From: Patescibacteria group bacterium
GTDB taxonomy: Bacteria > Patescibacteriota > Patescibacteriia > UBA1558 > GWA2-36-10
Direction: 5' to 3'
NCBI GenBank assembly: GCA_041650755.1
Contig: JBAZKN010000001.1
Span: 136,080 to 200,079, forward strand
Length of the DNA stretch: 64,000 bases
Under the pieces are notes generated by a model that was not told the DNA's origin, searched no databases, and saw only the letters and a list, made by a program, of their open reading frames with translations. Positions 9,686 to 18,857 of this stretch are shown here, piece by piece (the first letter of the stretch is position 1; each line of letters opens with the position of its first letter). The translations under genes and the position numbers were made by a program.

Positions 9686-10081
9686 ATGTCGTATCAAAAA
9701 AACATTTTAGAAGCAACCAAAAATAACACAAACTTTCGCACAGTATTATTTACCGGCAAAAAAAGCCAACTAGTCGTGATGGACATTAAACCGGGCGAGG
9801 AGATTGGTTTGGAAACCCATGACAATGTAGAACAAACTCTTTTTTTCTTGACTGGTACAGGGAAAGCCGTTCTAAACGGCCAAGAATCAGTGGTCAATGC
9901 CGGCGATGCAGTGATAGTCACGCCTGGCACAGCCCACAATTTTATCAACACCGGCACGGAAACTTTGAAAGTTTATACTATTTACGCTCCAGCTAATCAT
10001 ATTGATGGTCGCATACACAAGACTCCGGCCGATGCTCAGGCTGATGAAGAGGATGAAGACTTTGGACACGGTGTGAAGTAA
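9686..10081 (+). CDS. Cupin domain protein
   Basis: IGLETH..EQ, PGTAHNFIN, YTIYAP. Confidence 0.88.
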   Translation: MSYQKNILEATKNNTNFRTVLFTGKKSQLVVMDIKPGEEIGLETHDNVEQTLFFLTGTGKAVLNGQESVVNAGDAVIVTPGTAHNFINTGTETLKVYTIYAPANHIDGRIHKTPADAQADEEDEDFGHGVK

Positions 10082-10085
10082 AAAA

Positions 10086-11579
10086 ATGCCCAGCAATTTT
10101 GAACAACCTAGAGAAGATAAGACGCCTTTTCATGAACAGCCGGAAACTATCCAGTCTGGTTCAAAATTTGATATTCTGAAATTGGGACGACCAAAATCCG
10201 TACAAGCGATAGACCAGGGGGAAATCAGAGAATTTGAACAAGCGTCTTTTGCTGTTACTGAATATTTTGTTGACAATGAAAAATATCTTGCCGAAGCTAC
10301 GGAGCTAAAAACATTTTTCCAGACCATCCAAGCTGAACTAGGCGAAACCATACCGACAACCTGGTTTGTGATTGGCCACCCGTCTGATCCAAAACGGAAA
10401 GGTGTTTCTTTGTATGCTATCCAGGATTTGGAACAATTTCAGGCTGAAGAGGGAGTGAAAACTTTACCAGAACTAAATCAAACCGAATTTTCTAAAAGTT
10501 TTTTGGAAAAACTTTTAGATATCCAACAGAAAATTTATCAACTACTTGAAAAGTTGGCCAAAGAAAATGACTTACCGATTGACAAACTTGATCCAGGGGC
10601 TTTGGACCCCAAGAGATTTAAAGAAGAGGTTGTTTATTCTCCGGATAGTGAAAATTTAGTGATTGCTAATTTATTTAATATTGATGCCAAAACCATCAAA
10701 GAAATTATCGGCAGTAAGGCTAAATTTGAAGGCACAAAATTATCCCAATTAAAATTAATAAAATTATTGGGCCTAGGCAGCATCGCAGAAAAAATAGATT
10801 GGTTTCTGGAAAGAAGCGCTGTTTTAGAATTTACTAAAAATAAACGTGCCCACAATCATCTCAATAAAGAAAAAATGCAAGCTCTTGGGCAAGAAGGCAA
10901 AAAGGCAATGGCCTTAACTTTTGATGATGGTCCCAATGAACAAACTGCCGAATTGCTGGACATTTTAAAGGCTGAAGGCGTCAAAGCTACATTCTTTTTA
11001 ACTGGTTCGATGATACCAGGACGAGAAGCTCTGGTGAAGCGTATGGTAGAGGAGGGCCACGAGGTTGGTGTACATGAATGGGGACACTTGACGCCCGACA
11101 TTAGTAAACTATTTACCGATCCAAAAAATTATGCAAAGGGGCGCTTTGTCGGCCCGAGGCCAGATTTGGGCGATATTCAAAAAACTTGCAACTTAATAGA
11201 ACAAATTACTGGTCAAAGGCCTACTATGGGTAGACTAGCCGGCGCGCATGGTACTTTAGATAGCTGGCGAGAATATGAACACATGGATTTAGATATTATT
11301 AACGCTCAAGCCTGGGACATCATGACTATGTTGCCACGTCGCAGATTAACTGCTAATATGCTGCTAAAAGCTGCCCTCTTGGGCAATAAACATGGCCAAA
11401 TCAGACTTTTTCATATTGGCTGCATGAAAGATAATAGCGAACCCCTAAGCCCAGACGAAATAAAGCGTGAAAAAGGCGAAGTTTATCCGCCAGAGGAAAC
11501 GGTAAAAATGATCCGAGAATACATCGAACGCAGCCGCCAGCAAGGATATGATTTTGTTGACTTAAGTGAAAATATATAA
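10086..11579 (+). CDS. Polysaccharide deacetylase (NodB/CE4) with long unknown N-terminal region
   Basis: LTFDDGP, KATFF, GHEVGVHEWGH, GYDFV. Confidence 0.75.
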   Translation: MPSNFEQPREDKTPFHEQPETIQSGSKFDILKLGRPKSVQAIDQGEIREFEQASFAVTEYFVDNEKYLAEATELKTFFQTIQAELGETIPTTWFVIGHPSDPKRKGVSLYAIQDLEQFQAEEGVKTLPELNQTEFSKSFLEKLLDIQQKIYQLLEKLAKENDLPIDKLDPGALDPKRFKEEVVYSPDSENLVIANLFNIDAKTIKEIIGSKAKFEGTKLSQLKLIKLLGLGSIAEKIDWFLERSAVLEFTKNKRAHNHLNKEKMQALGQEGKKAMALTFDDGPNEQTAELLDILKAEGVKATFFLTGSMIPGREALVKRMVEEGHEVGVHEWGHLTPDISKLFTDPKNYAKGRFVGPRPDLGDIQKTCNLIEQITGQRPTMGRLAGAHGTLDSWREYEHMDLDIINAQAWDIMTMLPRRRLTANMLLKAALLGNKHGQIRLFHIGCMKDNSEPLSPDEIKREKGEVYPPEETVKMIREYIERSRQQGYDFVDLSENI

Positions 11580-11581
11580 AA

Positions 11582-12691
11582 ATGTTCTACCAAAAAATAA
11601 TTCGGCCGATACTTTTTTTATTGTCCGCTGAAACGGCACACAACTTTACTATTGATTGTTTGCGTCTGTTTAACCGAAGTAAAATTTTATATAATTTTTT
11701 ATTTAAACTTTTAAATTATACTTCGCCGCGCCTAAAACAAAATTTGTTCGGCCAATATTTCCGAACTCCTTTGGGTTTGACTGCCGGCCTGGACAAAAAT
11801 GCCACCGTACCCAATGTCTGGTCAGCTTTTGATTTTGGCTTTACGGAAATTGGCTCAGTGACAGCCGTTGCCCAGCAAGGCAATCCTAAACCTCGCTTAT
11901 GGAGATTAAAAAAGGATTCGGCTCTGGTAGTTAATTATGGCCTGTCTAGTTTGGGCGCTGCCAAAATAGCCGAGCGTTTAAAAACCAGCCAAAAATATTA
12001 CAAAAACCGGGGAGTCAAAGTGATCAGTATAGCCAAAACTAGCTCTGTGCCCCCAGAGCAGGCGGCCGAGGATTATGCACAAAGTTTTGCTCTCCTGGCA
12101 CCGCTGGCTGATATTATCACCATCAATCTCAGCTGTCCGAATGTATCCGGTTTTTTGGGTTTGCAAAAAAAAGAATTATTGGAACCAGTCTTAAAAAAAA
12201 TTACCTCAATCAACAAAAAACAAAAACCCCTTTGGCTAAAGATCGGCCAGGATTTAAATAAACAAGAGCTGGATGATATTATTTATTTGGTAAAAAAATA
12301 CAGGATCGCTGCTATTATAGCGACCAATTTAGCCAAAGATAAAACTAAGCTCAATCTAATATCCGCCGCCAAAAATAATCCCGGCGGTATTTCCGGCCGG
12401 CCCATATCAGCTAGAGCCAACCAAATTATCGCTTATTTATATAAAAACAGCGACCACCAATACAAAATCATAGGCTGCGGCGGCATATTTTCAGGTAAGG
12501 ACGCTTATGATAAGATAAGAGCTGGCGCTGATTTATTACTATTAGCTACTGGTTTTATTTATGGCGGGCCAAATAGTATAAAAAAGATGAATCAAGACCT
12601 GGATAAATTGATTTCTCAAGATAATTTCTCTAACATTAGCCAAATAATCGGCATAAATGCACGCCAATATGAATTGGACGAGCGATCATAA
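11582..12691 (+). CDS. pyrD: Dihydroorotate dehydrogenase, class 2 (quinone-type)
   Basis: AETAH, AGLDKN, QQGNPKPRL, NLSCPN, GGISG, IIGCGGI. Confidence 0.92.
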   Translation: MFYQKIIRPILFLLSAETAHNFTIDCLRLFNRSKILYNFLFKLLNYTSPRLKQNLFGQYFRTPLGLTAGLDKNATVPNVWSAFDFGFTEIGSVTAVAQQGNPKPRLWRLKKDSALVVNYGLSSLGAAKIAERLKTSQKYYKNRGVKVISIAKTSSVPPEQAAEDYAQSFALLAPLADIITINLSCPNVSGFLGLQKKELLEPVLKKITSINKKQKPLWLKIGQDLNKQELDDIIYLVKKYRIAAIIATNLAKDKTKLNLISAAKNNPGGISGRPISARANQIIAYLYKNSDHQYKIIGCGGIFSGKDAYDKIRAGADLLLLATGFIYGGPNSIKKMNQDLDKLISQDNFSNISQIIGINARQYELDERS

Positions 12692-14192
12692 ACAATATTA
12701 CAATTATCGAATTTTGGAAATAATTCCGGGATTTTTGGTTTGGCTGACTTTTATTGGCTGCATACTATTGGCGCTTTTAAACCCGATTTGGGGAATTTAT
12801 TTGATTATCGCCTTTGACATTTATTGGGTACTGCGTATTTTATACATGATGCTCTTTTTATTAATCTCTTGGAGCAAATACCGACGGGCCATAAAAATTG
12901 ACTGGTGGTCAAAATTGCAGACCGATTATCCGCAGTGGTCGGAATATTATCATTTGATTTTTTTACCAACTGCCGGCGAGCCGTTGGAAATAGTGGATAA
13001 TACTTTTCATAACTTGAGCCAGATCAAATATAATACAAAAAAAATGATCATTATCCTGGCCGGCGAAGGGCGCTATCAAGATCACTTCATGCCCATTGCC
13101 CAAAGTATTGTGGAAAAATACCAACAATATTTTCATAAAATCATTATCACTGTGCATCCTGACAATATCCCTGGCGAAGTCAAGGGTAAGGGTTCAAATC
13201 TTTATCATGCCGGTCATGAAGTCAAGCGCTATGTAGATGAAAATAAACTGGATTATAAAAAATTAATTGTCTCCAGCTTCGACATTGATACCGTGACGCA
13301 TCCGGACTATTTCAGCTTCTTGACTTATAAATTTATCAGCACGCCCGACCCTCACCACGCCAGTTTTCAGCCAATGGCTTTTTATAATAATAATGTTTGG
13401 GAATCAGATATCATTACCCGAGTAGTAGCTAATTCCACTACTTTTTGGCTGATGACTGATTTAGCTAGACCCAGCCGCTTATTTACTTTTTCCTCACACA
13501 GCATGAGCTGGCAGGCTCTGGTTGATATTGGCTTTTGGCAAAATAATATCGTGACAGAAGATTCGAGAATATTCTTACAATGCTTGATACACTATGACGG
13601 AAATTATCGGGTCGAGCCAATGCATATACCGGTATCAATGAACACCGTATATGTCGGCGACTTATGGCGCAGCTTGAAAAATCAATACAAACAAATGCGG
13701 CGCTGGGCATATGGAGTAGAGCATTTTCCCTACATGGTCTGGCACTTTCGTAAAAGTAAAAGTATACCCACATCTGTCAAGGTGCGCTATACTTGGAACC
13801 AAACTGAAGGCGTCTATTCTTGGGCTACGGCGCCGGTCATTATCACTATCATGGGCTGGCTACCATTGAAAATGGCCGAACACTTGTCCCTAACTACGGT
13901 GGTGGCTCAAAACGCGCCGCTATTACTCGAAGGGCTGATGCGTTTTGGCATGATAGGCATTTTAGCTGTTGCGACCATGGGGGTTGTTATCTTACCGCCC
14001 ATGCCCGTACAGCTCAAAAATAATAAACTAGCCAAATATTATCGCTATCCGCTGATGTTTTTGCAATGGATTATTATACCATTTACCATGATTGCTTTTG
14101 GCTCTATACCGGCTATTGATGCCCAGACCAGGCTGATGATGGGTAAATACTTGGGTTTTTGGGTAACGGAAAAAAAGAAAGTTCAAATTTAA
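12669..14192 (+). CDS. Membrane glycosyltransferase family 2 (processive type)
   Basis: DID, VTED, QMRRW motifs flanked by TM segments. Confidence 0.85.
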   Translation: MNWTSDHKQYYNYRILEIIPGFLVWLTFIGCILLALLNPIWGIYLIIAFDIYWVLRILYMMLFLLISWSKYRRAIKIDWWSKLQTDYPQWSEYYHLIFLPTAGEPLEIVDNTFHNLSQIKYNTKKMIIILAGEGRYQDHFMPIAQSIVEKYQQYFHKIIITVHPDNIPGEVKGKGSNLYHAGHEVKRYVDENKLDYKKLIVSSFDIDTVTHPDYFSFLTYKFISTPDPHHASFQPMAFYNNNVWESDIITRVVANSTTFWLMTDLARPSRLFTFSSHSMSWQALVDIGFWQNNIVTEDSRIFLQCLIHYDGNYRVEPMHIPVSMNTVYVGDLWRSLKNQYKQMRRWAYGVEHFPYMVWHFRKSKSIPTSVKVRYTWNQTEGVYSWATAPVIITIMGWLPLKMAEHLSLTTVVAQNAPLLLEGLMRFGMIGILAVATMGVVILPPMPVQLKNNKLAKYYRYPLMFLQWIIIPFTMIAFGSIPAIDAQTRLMMGKYLGFWVTEKKKVQI

Positions 14193-14210
14193 AAATTAAT
14201 TTTTAAAAAT

Positions 14211-15761
14211 ATGCAAAAGAAGATCTTTCTCCTGGCTAGCGCTTGCCTGCTAATAAGCCTTTGGGCGCATCAAGCACAGGCTCAAGTATTCACTATTATT
14301 GATCCAGAACCAATCAAAAACAGCTATGCTGGCAGCGTTATTTTGGTTGATAATGGCTTTGATAAGCAATATTGGTACATCAGCCCCAAAGCTGAACGCT
14401 ATTCTCTGGACGAAGTAGAGGATTTGCAAAAAATCACTGCCACCTGGCAAGCCAAAGTGACTACTGCACAATTAAATAAGCTGGCTACCAGCCCCAGCAG
14501 TGAAAAAGTTGATTATAATTTGGCGCACAGCCTGCAAGGAAAATTTTTGCAAGCCCCGGATAAAAAAATATGGTACCTCAACCCAATTGATGACATCCGT
14601 TATCAAATCACCTTGGATAACCAGGGTCTGGATGCTCTGAAAAATTTAGCTCTGGATTTTTCTGCTGACCGGCTAGTAGTCCTGCCCCAAGCTAGCGATG
14701 ATAATTTTGTCGCCAGTACCTCCACGCCAAATTTTAATCTTTATTGGCAGGTACGTGATATTTTAAAACGTGATTTTTACAAAGCTACTCAGCTGAATGA
14801 CAAAAACTTATTTTATGGTTCACTGGAAGGATTGGCGGCTGCTAGCGAAGATCCTTATACTCAATTTTTTACTCCGCAAGATAAAAAATCATTTGATGAT
14901 ACTTTGGCTAGTGCAGTTGAGGGGATTGGCGCTCAAGTAGATATCAAAAACGGACTTTTGACTATTATCAGCCCTTTAGATGATTCGCCCGCTCAAAAAG
15001 CAGGACTTTTACCCAATGACCAGGTCCTAATGGTCAATGGTACTGATATTAGCGGCTACACTCTTGATCAAGGAGTCAATCTGATCAAAGGCAAGGCCGG
15101 TACGCCTGTCACTTTAAAGATTTATCGACCAAATAATAAAACTACCTTTGAAGTCACGATTATCCGAGCCAGGATAAATCTAATAAATGTTTCAGCCAGT
15201 CAGCTATCTGATAATATTGGCTATATAAAAATAAACATGTTCACCCAAAATTTATTAGCTGAATTTAATCAAGTCAAAAATATAGCCATTAATAAAAACA
15301 CCAGAGGACTGGTCATTGATCTGCGCAACAACCCCGGCGGCTATACCGATAGCGCTTTGGCTTTAGCTGACCTATGGCTACCTCGAGGCAAATTAATCAT
15401 GCAGGAAAAATTTCCTGATTATACTAGCCAATATTATGCCGAAATAGACCCTAGCATCAATCTGCCAACTGTTATTTTGATAAATAATGGCACAGCTTCA
15501 GCTTCGGAAATATTTACTTCTGCTTTACGTGAAAATAATATTGCCAAAACCGTCGGCCAAACTAGCTTTGGCAAAGGCACTGGCCAAAGCATGACTTCTT
15601 TTACAGATGGCTCAGCTTTGAAGTATACTATCTTTGAGTGGCTGACGCCTAGCGGACGCTCGGTATCAAATACCGGCCTAAAACCAGATTATGAAATCGG
15701 TAATTTACTCGATAGCGCTACCGACAATCAATTAAATAAAGCTTTAGAATTATTGAAATAA
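14211..15761 (+). CDS. S41 C-terminal processing protease (PDZ + CtpA) with N-terminal extension
   Basis: Signal peptide, DPYT, GIGA, DLRNNPGG, TASASEI, SFGKG. Confidence 0.9.
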   Translation: MQKKIFLLASACLLISLWAHQAQAQVFTIIDPEPIKNSYAGSVILVDNGFDKQYWYISPKAERYSLDEVEDLQKITATWQAKVTTAQLNKLATSPSSEKVDYNLAHSLQGKFLQAPDKKIWYLNPIDDIRYQITLDNQGLDALKNLALDFSADRLVVLPQASDDNFVASTSTPNFNLYWQVRDILKRDFYKATQLNDKNLFYGSLEGLAAASEDPYTQFFTPQDKKSFDDTLASAVEGIGAQVDIKNGLLTIISPLDDSPAQKAGLLPNDQVLMVNGTDISGYTLDQGVNLIKGKAGTPVTLKIYRPNNKTTFEVTIIRARINLINVSASQLSDNIGYIKINMFTQNLLAEFNQVKNIAINKNTRGLVIDLRNNPGGYTDSALALADLWLPRGKLIMQEKFPDYTSQYYAEIDPSINLPTVILINNGTASASEIFTSALRENNIAKTVGQTSFGKGTGQSMTSFTDGSALKYTIFEWLTPSGRSVSNTGLKPDYEIGNLLDSATDNQLNKALELLK

Positions 15762-15766
15762 AAAAT

Positions 15767-16072
15767 ATGGGAAATCCAAACGAACAATTTCACCCCACTG
15801 CCGAAACTGGCCAGGACGGTAAATCAAAAAATATCGGCACGAATCAGCTGCGTTTAGATATGGCTGAAGGGCGTTTAGCTGAAGTAGAGGCCTATCTAGA
15901 CCATCGACATCAAAACCCAACACCAAACCAAAATGAACGATGGTGGGAAGGCATGATGGTCATTTTGTATCATAAATATGAAGACAGGGGTGATGCCGAT
16001 TCTCTACAACGTATAATGGATAAATTACCGGAAAACATTCAGGTTGCCTTGCAAAAACACGACGAACAATAA
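15767..16072 (+). CDS. Hypothetical protein
   Basis: 101 aa ORF tightly following the S41 gene. Confidence 0.6.
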   Translation: MGNPNEQFHPTAETGQDGKSKNIGTNQLRLDMAEGRLAEVEAYLDHRHQNPTPNQNERWWEGMMVILYHKYEDRGDADSLQRIMDKLPENIQVALQKHDEQ

Positions 16073-16081
16073 ACAATCAGC

Positions 16082-16999
16082 TTATTTAGAAAAATAATGA
16101 CCGTAGCCGCGGACAAATTCTGCGGCAGTCATTATTTTTTTATTGGCCGGCTGCAGAGAAATGATTTCCAAAGCACCTGCTCCAGTACCAATATATAGCT
16201 TTCCCTCCCGAATCAAAACTTCTTGGGCGGCTAGATTTATGCTTGCCAGCCTAGCTTGGATTATTTTTAGCTCCAAATTATTTAATCTGGTATAACTAGT
16301 CGGCCAAACCCGAAAAGCCCTGATCTGATTCAAAATTTCCGTGGCTGGTTTGTGCCAATCTATTTCACCTTGTTCTTTGTTAATCAACTTACAAAAAGTA
16401 GCTTGGCTATCATCTTGGGCAGTAGCCGGCAAAACACCAGCCAAATATTTGATGATATTATCAGACAATAATTTTGCCCCAAGTGCTGCCAAGCGCTCGC
16501 TCAAGCTTAGATAATCATCATTGGGTTCTATCTTCAATTTTATTTGAGCTAAAATCGGACCATGATCCATTTGTGCATCAAGCTGCATCAAGCTTACACC
16601 GGTTTCTGATAAACCCTGCCGCAAGGCAGTCTGAATGGGCGATGGGCCACGCAAGGCAGGCAATATCGAGGGGTGAATGTTGATAGTCGGCCTAGCCGAT
16701 AAATCAAGCACCGCTTGTTTGATAATTTTTCCATAAGCCACAACCACAAAAGTGGCCGGTAGATATTTCTTTAGTTCAGACACAAAATCATCATCCAATT
16801 TTAGTGGGCTAATAACGGGCAATTGATGTTTTTGAGCAAATTGTTTTATTGGCGAAGACTTGGGTTGCCGATTACGCCCGGCTGGCTTATCAGCTTGGGT
16901 AACTACGGCTGCCACCAAACCCAAAGAAAACAAGCTCTCAATGCTGGGCAGGGAAAATTGGGGCGTGCCCCAAAAGATAATTTTTTTATTTTCCTCCAT
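16082..16999 (-). CDS. fmt: Methionyl-tRNA formyltransferase
   Basis: GTPQF, VVVAYG, NIHPSILPALRGPSPI, MDHG. Confidence 0.97.
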   Translation of the reverse strand: MEENKKIIFWGTPQFSLPSIESLFSLGLVAAVVTQADKPAGRNRQPKSSPIKQFAQKHQLPVISPLKLDDDFVSELKKYLPATFVVVAYGKIIKQAVLDLSARPTINIHPSILPALRGPSPIQTALRQGLSETGVSLMQLDAQMDHGPILAQIKLKIEPNDDYLSLSERLAALGAKLLSDNIIKYLAGVLPATAQDDSQATFCKLINKEQGEIDWHKPATEILNQIRAFRVWPTSYTRLNNLELKIIQARLASINLAAQEVLIREGKLYIGTGAGALEIISLQPANKKIMTAAEFVRGYGHYFSK

Positions 17000-17477
17000 T
17001 TCTTAAAGTTGCTAAAATATCTGCGCCCCGGCTGATCTTTTCTGCGCGATCAATAAATAAAATACCAGACAGATGATCGATCTCATGCTGCAGAATTACT
17101 GCATCCAAGCCGCTAAATTTTTCTTTGTAAATTTTGCCCTTGATGTCCTGATACTTCAGGTGGATTTTCTTTGGCCTGCGCACCCAGCCAAAAATTTCCG
17201 GTAAAGACAAGCAGCCCTCTTCATTTAGTTTTTTATCTTTGGAGGAAAAGGTGATCTCCGGATTAATATAAGCTTTGTAGCCCCGACCATTTTCATTGCC
17301 AATGACCACTATGCTTTGGCTGACATTTACTTGTGGAGCAGCCAAACCAATGCCGTCATCCCGGTACATAATTTCAGCCATTTGTTCAACGAGTTTTTCT
17401 AAAGCAGCATCAAACACCAAGACTGGCTTGGCAATTTTTCTTAATATTGAATCGGGATATTTGATTATTTTTAACAT
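16986..17477 (-). CDS. def: Peptide deformylase
   Basis: GIGLAAPQV, EGCLS, QHEIDHL. Confidence 0.98.
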   Translation of the reverse strand: MLKIIKYPDSILRKIAKPVLVFDAALEKLVEQMAEIMYRDDGIGLAAPQVNVSQSIVVIGNENGRGYKAYINPEITFSSKDKKLNEEGCLSLPEIFGWVRRPKKIHLKYQDIKGKIYKEKFSGLDAVILQHEIDHLSGILFIDRAEKISRGADILATLRNGGK

Positions 17478-17484
17478 ATAACAT

Positions 17485-17535
17485 ATTATAATAATTTATT
17501 TACTTTTTGTCAAATACATAGTAATTTGCTATAAT
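17485..17535. promoter_or_regulatory. Overlapping divergent sigma70 promoters (def and 17542 gene), both probably leaderless
   Basis: Minus: TTGACA(17513-17508)-17-TATAAT(17490-17485), 7 nt before ATG. Plus: TTGTCA(17507)-17-TATAAT(17530) with extended TG, 6 nt before ATG. Confidence 0.7.
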
Positions 17536-17541
17536 AAATTT

Positions 17542-17811
17542 ATGCAAAAAATAGGAGACATTTTTTCCCAAAAAAAGACCATCAAGCCGCCGGCTTATGA
17601 GTGGCAGGATTTGGCTTTGAAGATTATCCATGATCTAGCTGTGCCAAATTTCAAACGCAGTGCAGTTTTTAAAGTTTGCAAAGAAAATCCGCGCGCCTTT
17701 GTAGAAAAATGCTTTGACGAAACTAAGGAATTAGCTCACAGCGGTGAATCGTGGCGCTACTTTTTTAAATTAATTGACCAGGGCAATAGCAAAACTTATG
17801 AAAAGAAATAA
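17542..17811 (+). CDS. Small hypothetical protein
   Basis: 89 aa ORF with own promoter; PPAYEWQDLAL..SAVFKVCK..YFFK. Confidence 0.7.
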   Translation: MQKIGDIFSQKKTIKPPAYEWQDLALKIIHDLAVPNFKRSAVFKVCKENPRAFVEKCFDETKELAHSGESWRYFFKLIDQGNSKTYEKK

Positions 17812-18010
17812 AATTTGGATCCTAGTATTACTAGCTTTATTTTTAGCCGGCTGCCAAAAATCAAATTCTATTCAGACAGGCGAAAGACAGAACGATGGTG
17901 AAAGGTATATTAATATGAATCAATATCAATTTTATATGGATAGTATCGACAAGGCTAAAAATGCTCGTGAACAATTGGAAAATATAAGTACTGACGTCAA
18001 CCAAGAATAA
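17798..18010 (+). CDS. Small lipoprotein
   Basis: MKRNK + hydrophobic core + LAGC lipobox. Confidence 0.65.
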   Translation: MKRNKIWILVLLALFLAGCQKSNSIQTGERQNDGERYINMNQYQFYMDSIDKAKNAREQLENISTDVNQE

Positions 18011-18042
18011 AATAGCAGGGTGAAACGCCCCGTTATTTTTTA
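18009..18042. terminator. Bidirectional intrinsic terminator between convergent genes
   Basis: AAAATAGC-AGGG..CCC-CGTTATTTT hairpin with A/T tracts on both sides. Confidence 0.55.
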
Positions 18043-18065
18043 TAAACAAATTTTATTTACAAATT

Positions 18066-18854
18066 CTATCTTATCTTAAATTGCTCCACTAGATAGCCGA
18101 TACCAAAAGGGGCCTGATAACTAAGCTTGACTGGAGTATAATCCAACTCTTTGATGGTGCTTAATAATATTAAGATTGAACGCCAGGCGCATTCACCGGC
18201 TTCTTTTACCAGCTCACTGTCGAGCTTGATAAGGCCCTCTAGATCTCTATTAGCCAGTAAATTAATAATTTTTTGATCAAACTCCTGACCGCGCGGAGAA
18301 AATCCAGCCGGCGAATCCTGATGCAAACGATGCGATAAATCGCCAGAAGCAACCAGGGCTACTCGTTGCCCATAGCTATCAATTTGCTCTTTGATGATTT
18401 CACCGAATTTAAGATGCACCTCCGGAGTCAAAGTAGAATAGTTGATGACCACAATCTTTACTTGAGGCAGATGCTGGGTCAGATAATACAAAGGTACGCC
18501 GCTGCTATACGTCACCTGCTCTTCAGCATTCAAATTGACCGGCAAGGCTGTCTCGCAGGCCTCTTTTATTTTGTAACCTAGCGATATCTCATTTTTAAAC
18601 TCTAAGTTGGTAACCAAATCGCCAAATCTTTTGAAATTTACTTTAAGCATTGGCCGCTGGTTTATAGTAAAGGTCTCACCTGGAGTGTTGGCGTGTGATG
18701 ACAATAAAATTATTATTTCTGGCTTAGCAACATAAAGCTCGGCCTCCAAAAAACGGTAAGCTTCTACGGTTTCTTTTAAATGTTGGAGATTGTCTTGTCC
18801 CACCTCTGGTATAAGCAGAGGAGCATGGGGGACTAGACAAGCAAAAGTAATCAT
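18066..18854 (-). CDS. LigB/Memo-like protein (AmmeMemoRadiSam protein B-like)
   Basis: VPHAPLLIP, ASGDLSH, AGECA, APFGIGY. Confidence 0.8.
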   Translation of the reverse strand: MITFACLVPHAPLLIPEVGQDNLQHLKETVEAYRFLEAELYVAKPEIIILLSSHANTPGETFTINQRPMLKVNFKRFGDLVTNLEFKNEISLGYKIKEACETALPVNLNAEEQVTYSSGVPLYYLTQHLPQVKIVVINYSTLTPEVHLKFGEIIKEQIDSYGQRVALVASGDLSHRLHQDSPAGFSPRGQEFDQKIINLLANRDLEGLIKLDSELVKEAGECAWRSILILLSTIKELDYTPVKLSYQAPFGIGYLVEQFKIR

Positions 18855-18857
18855 ATT

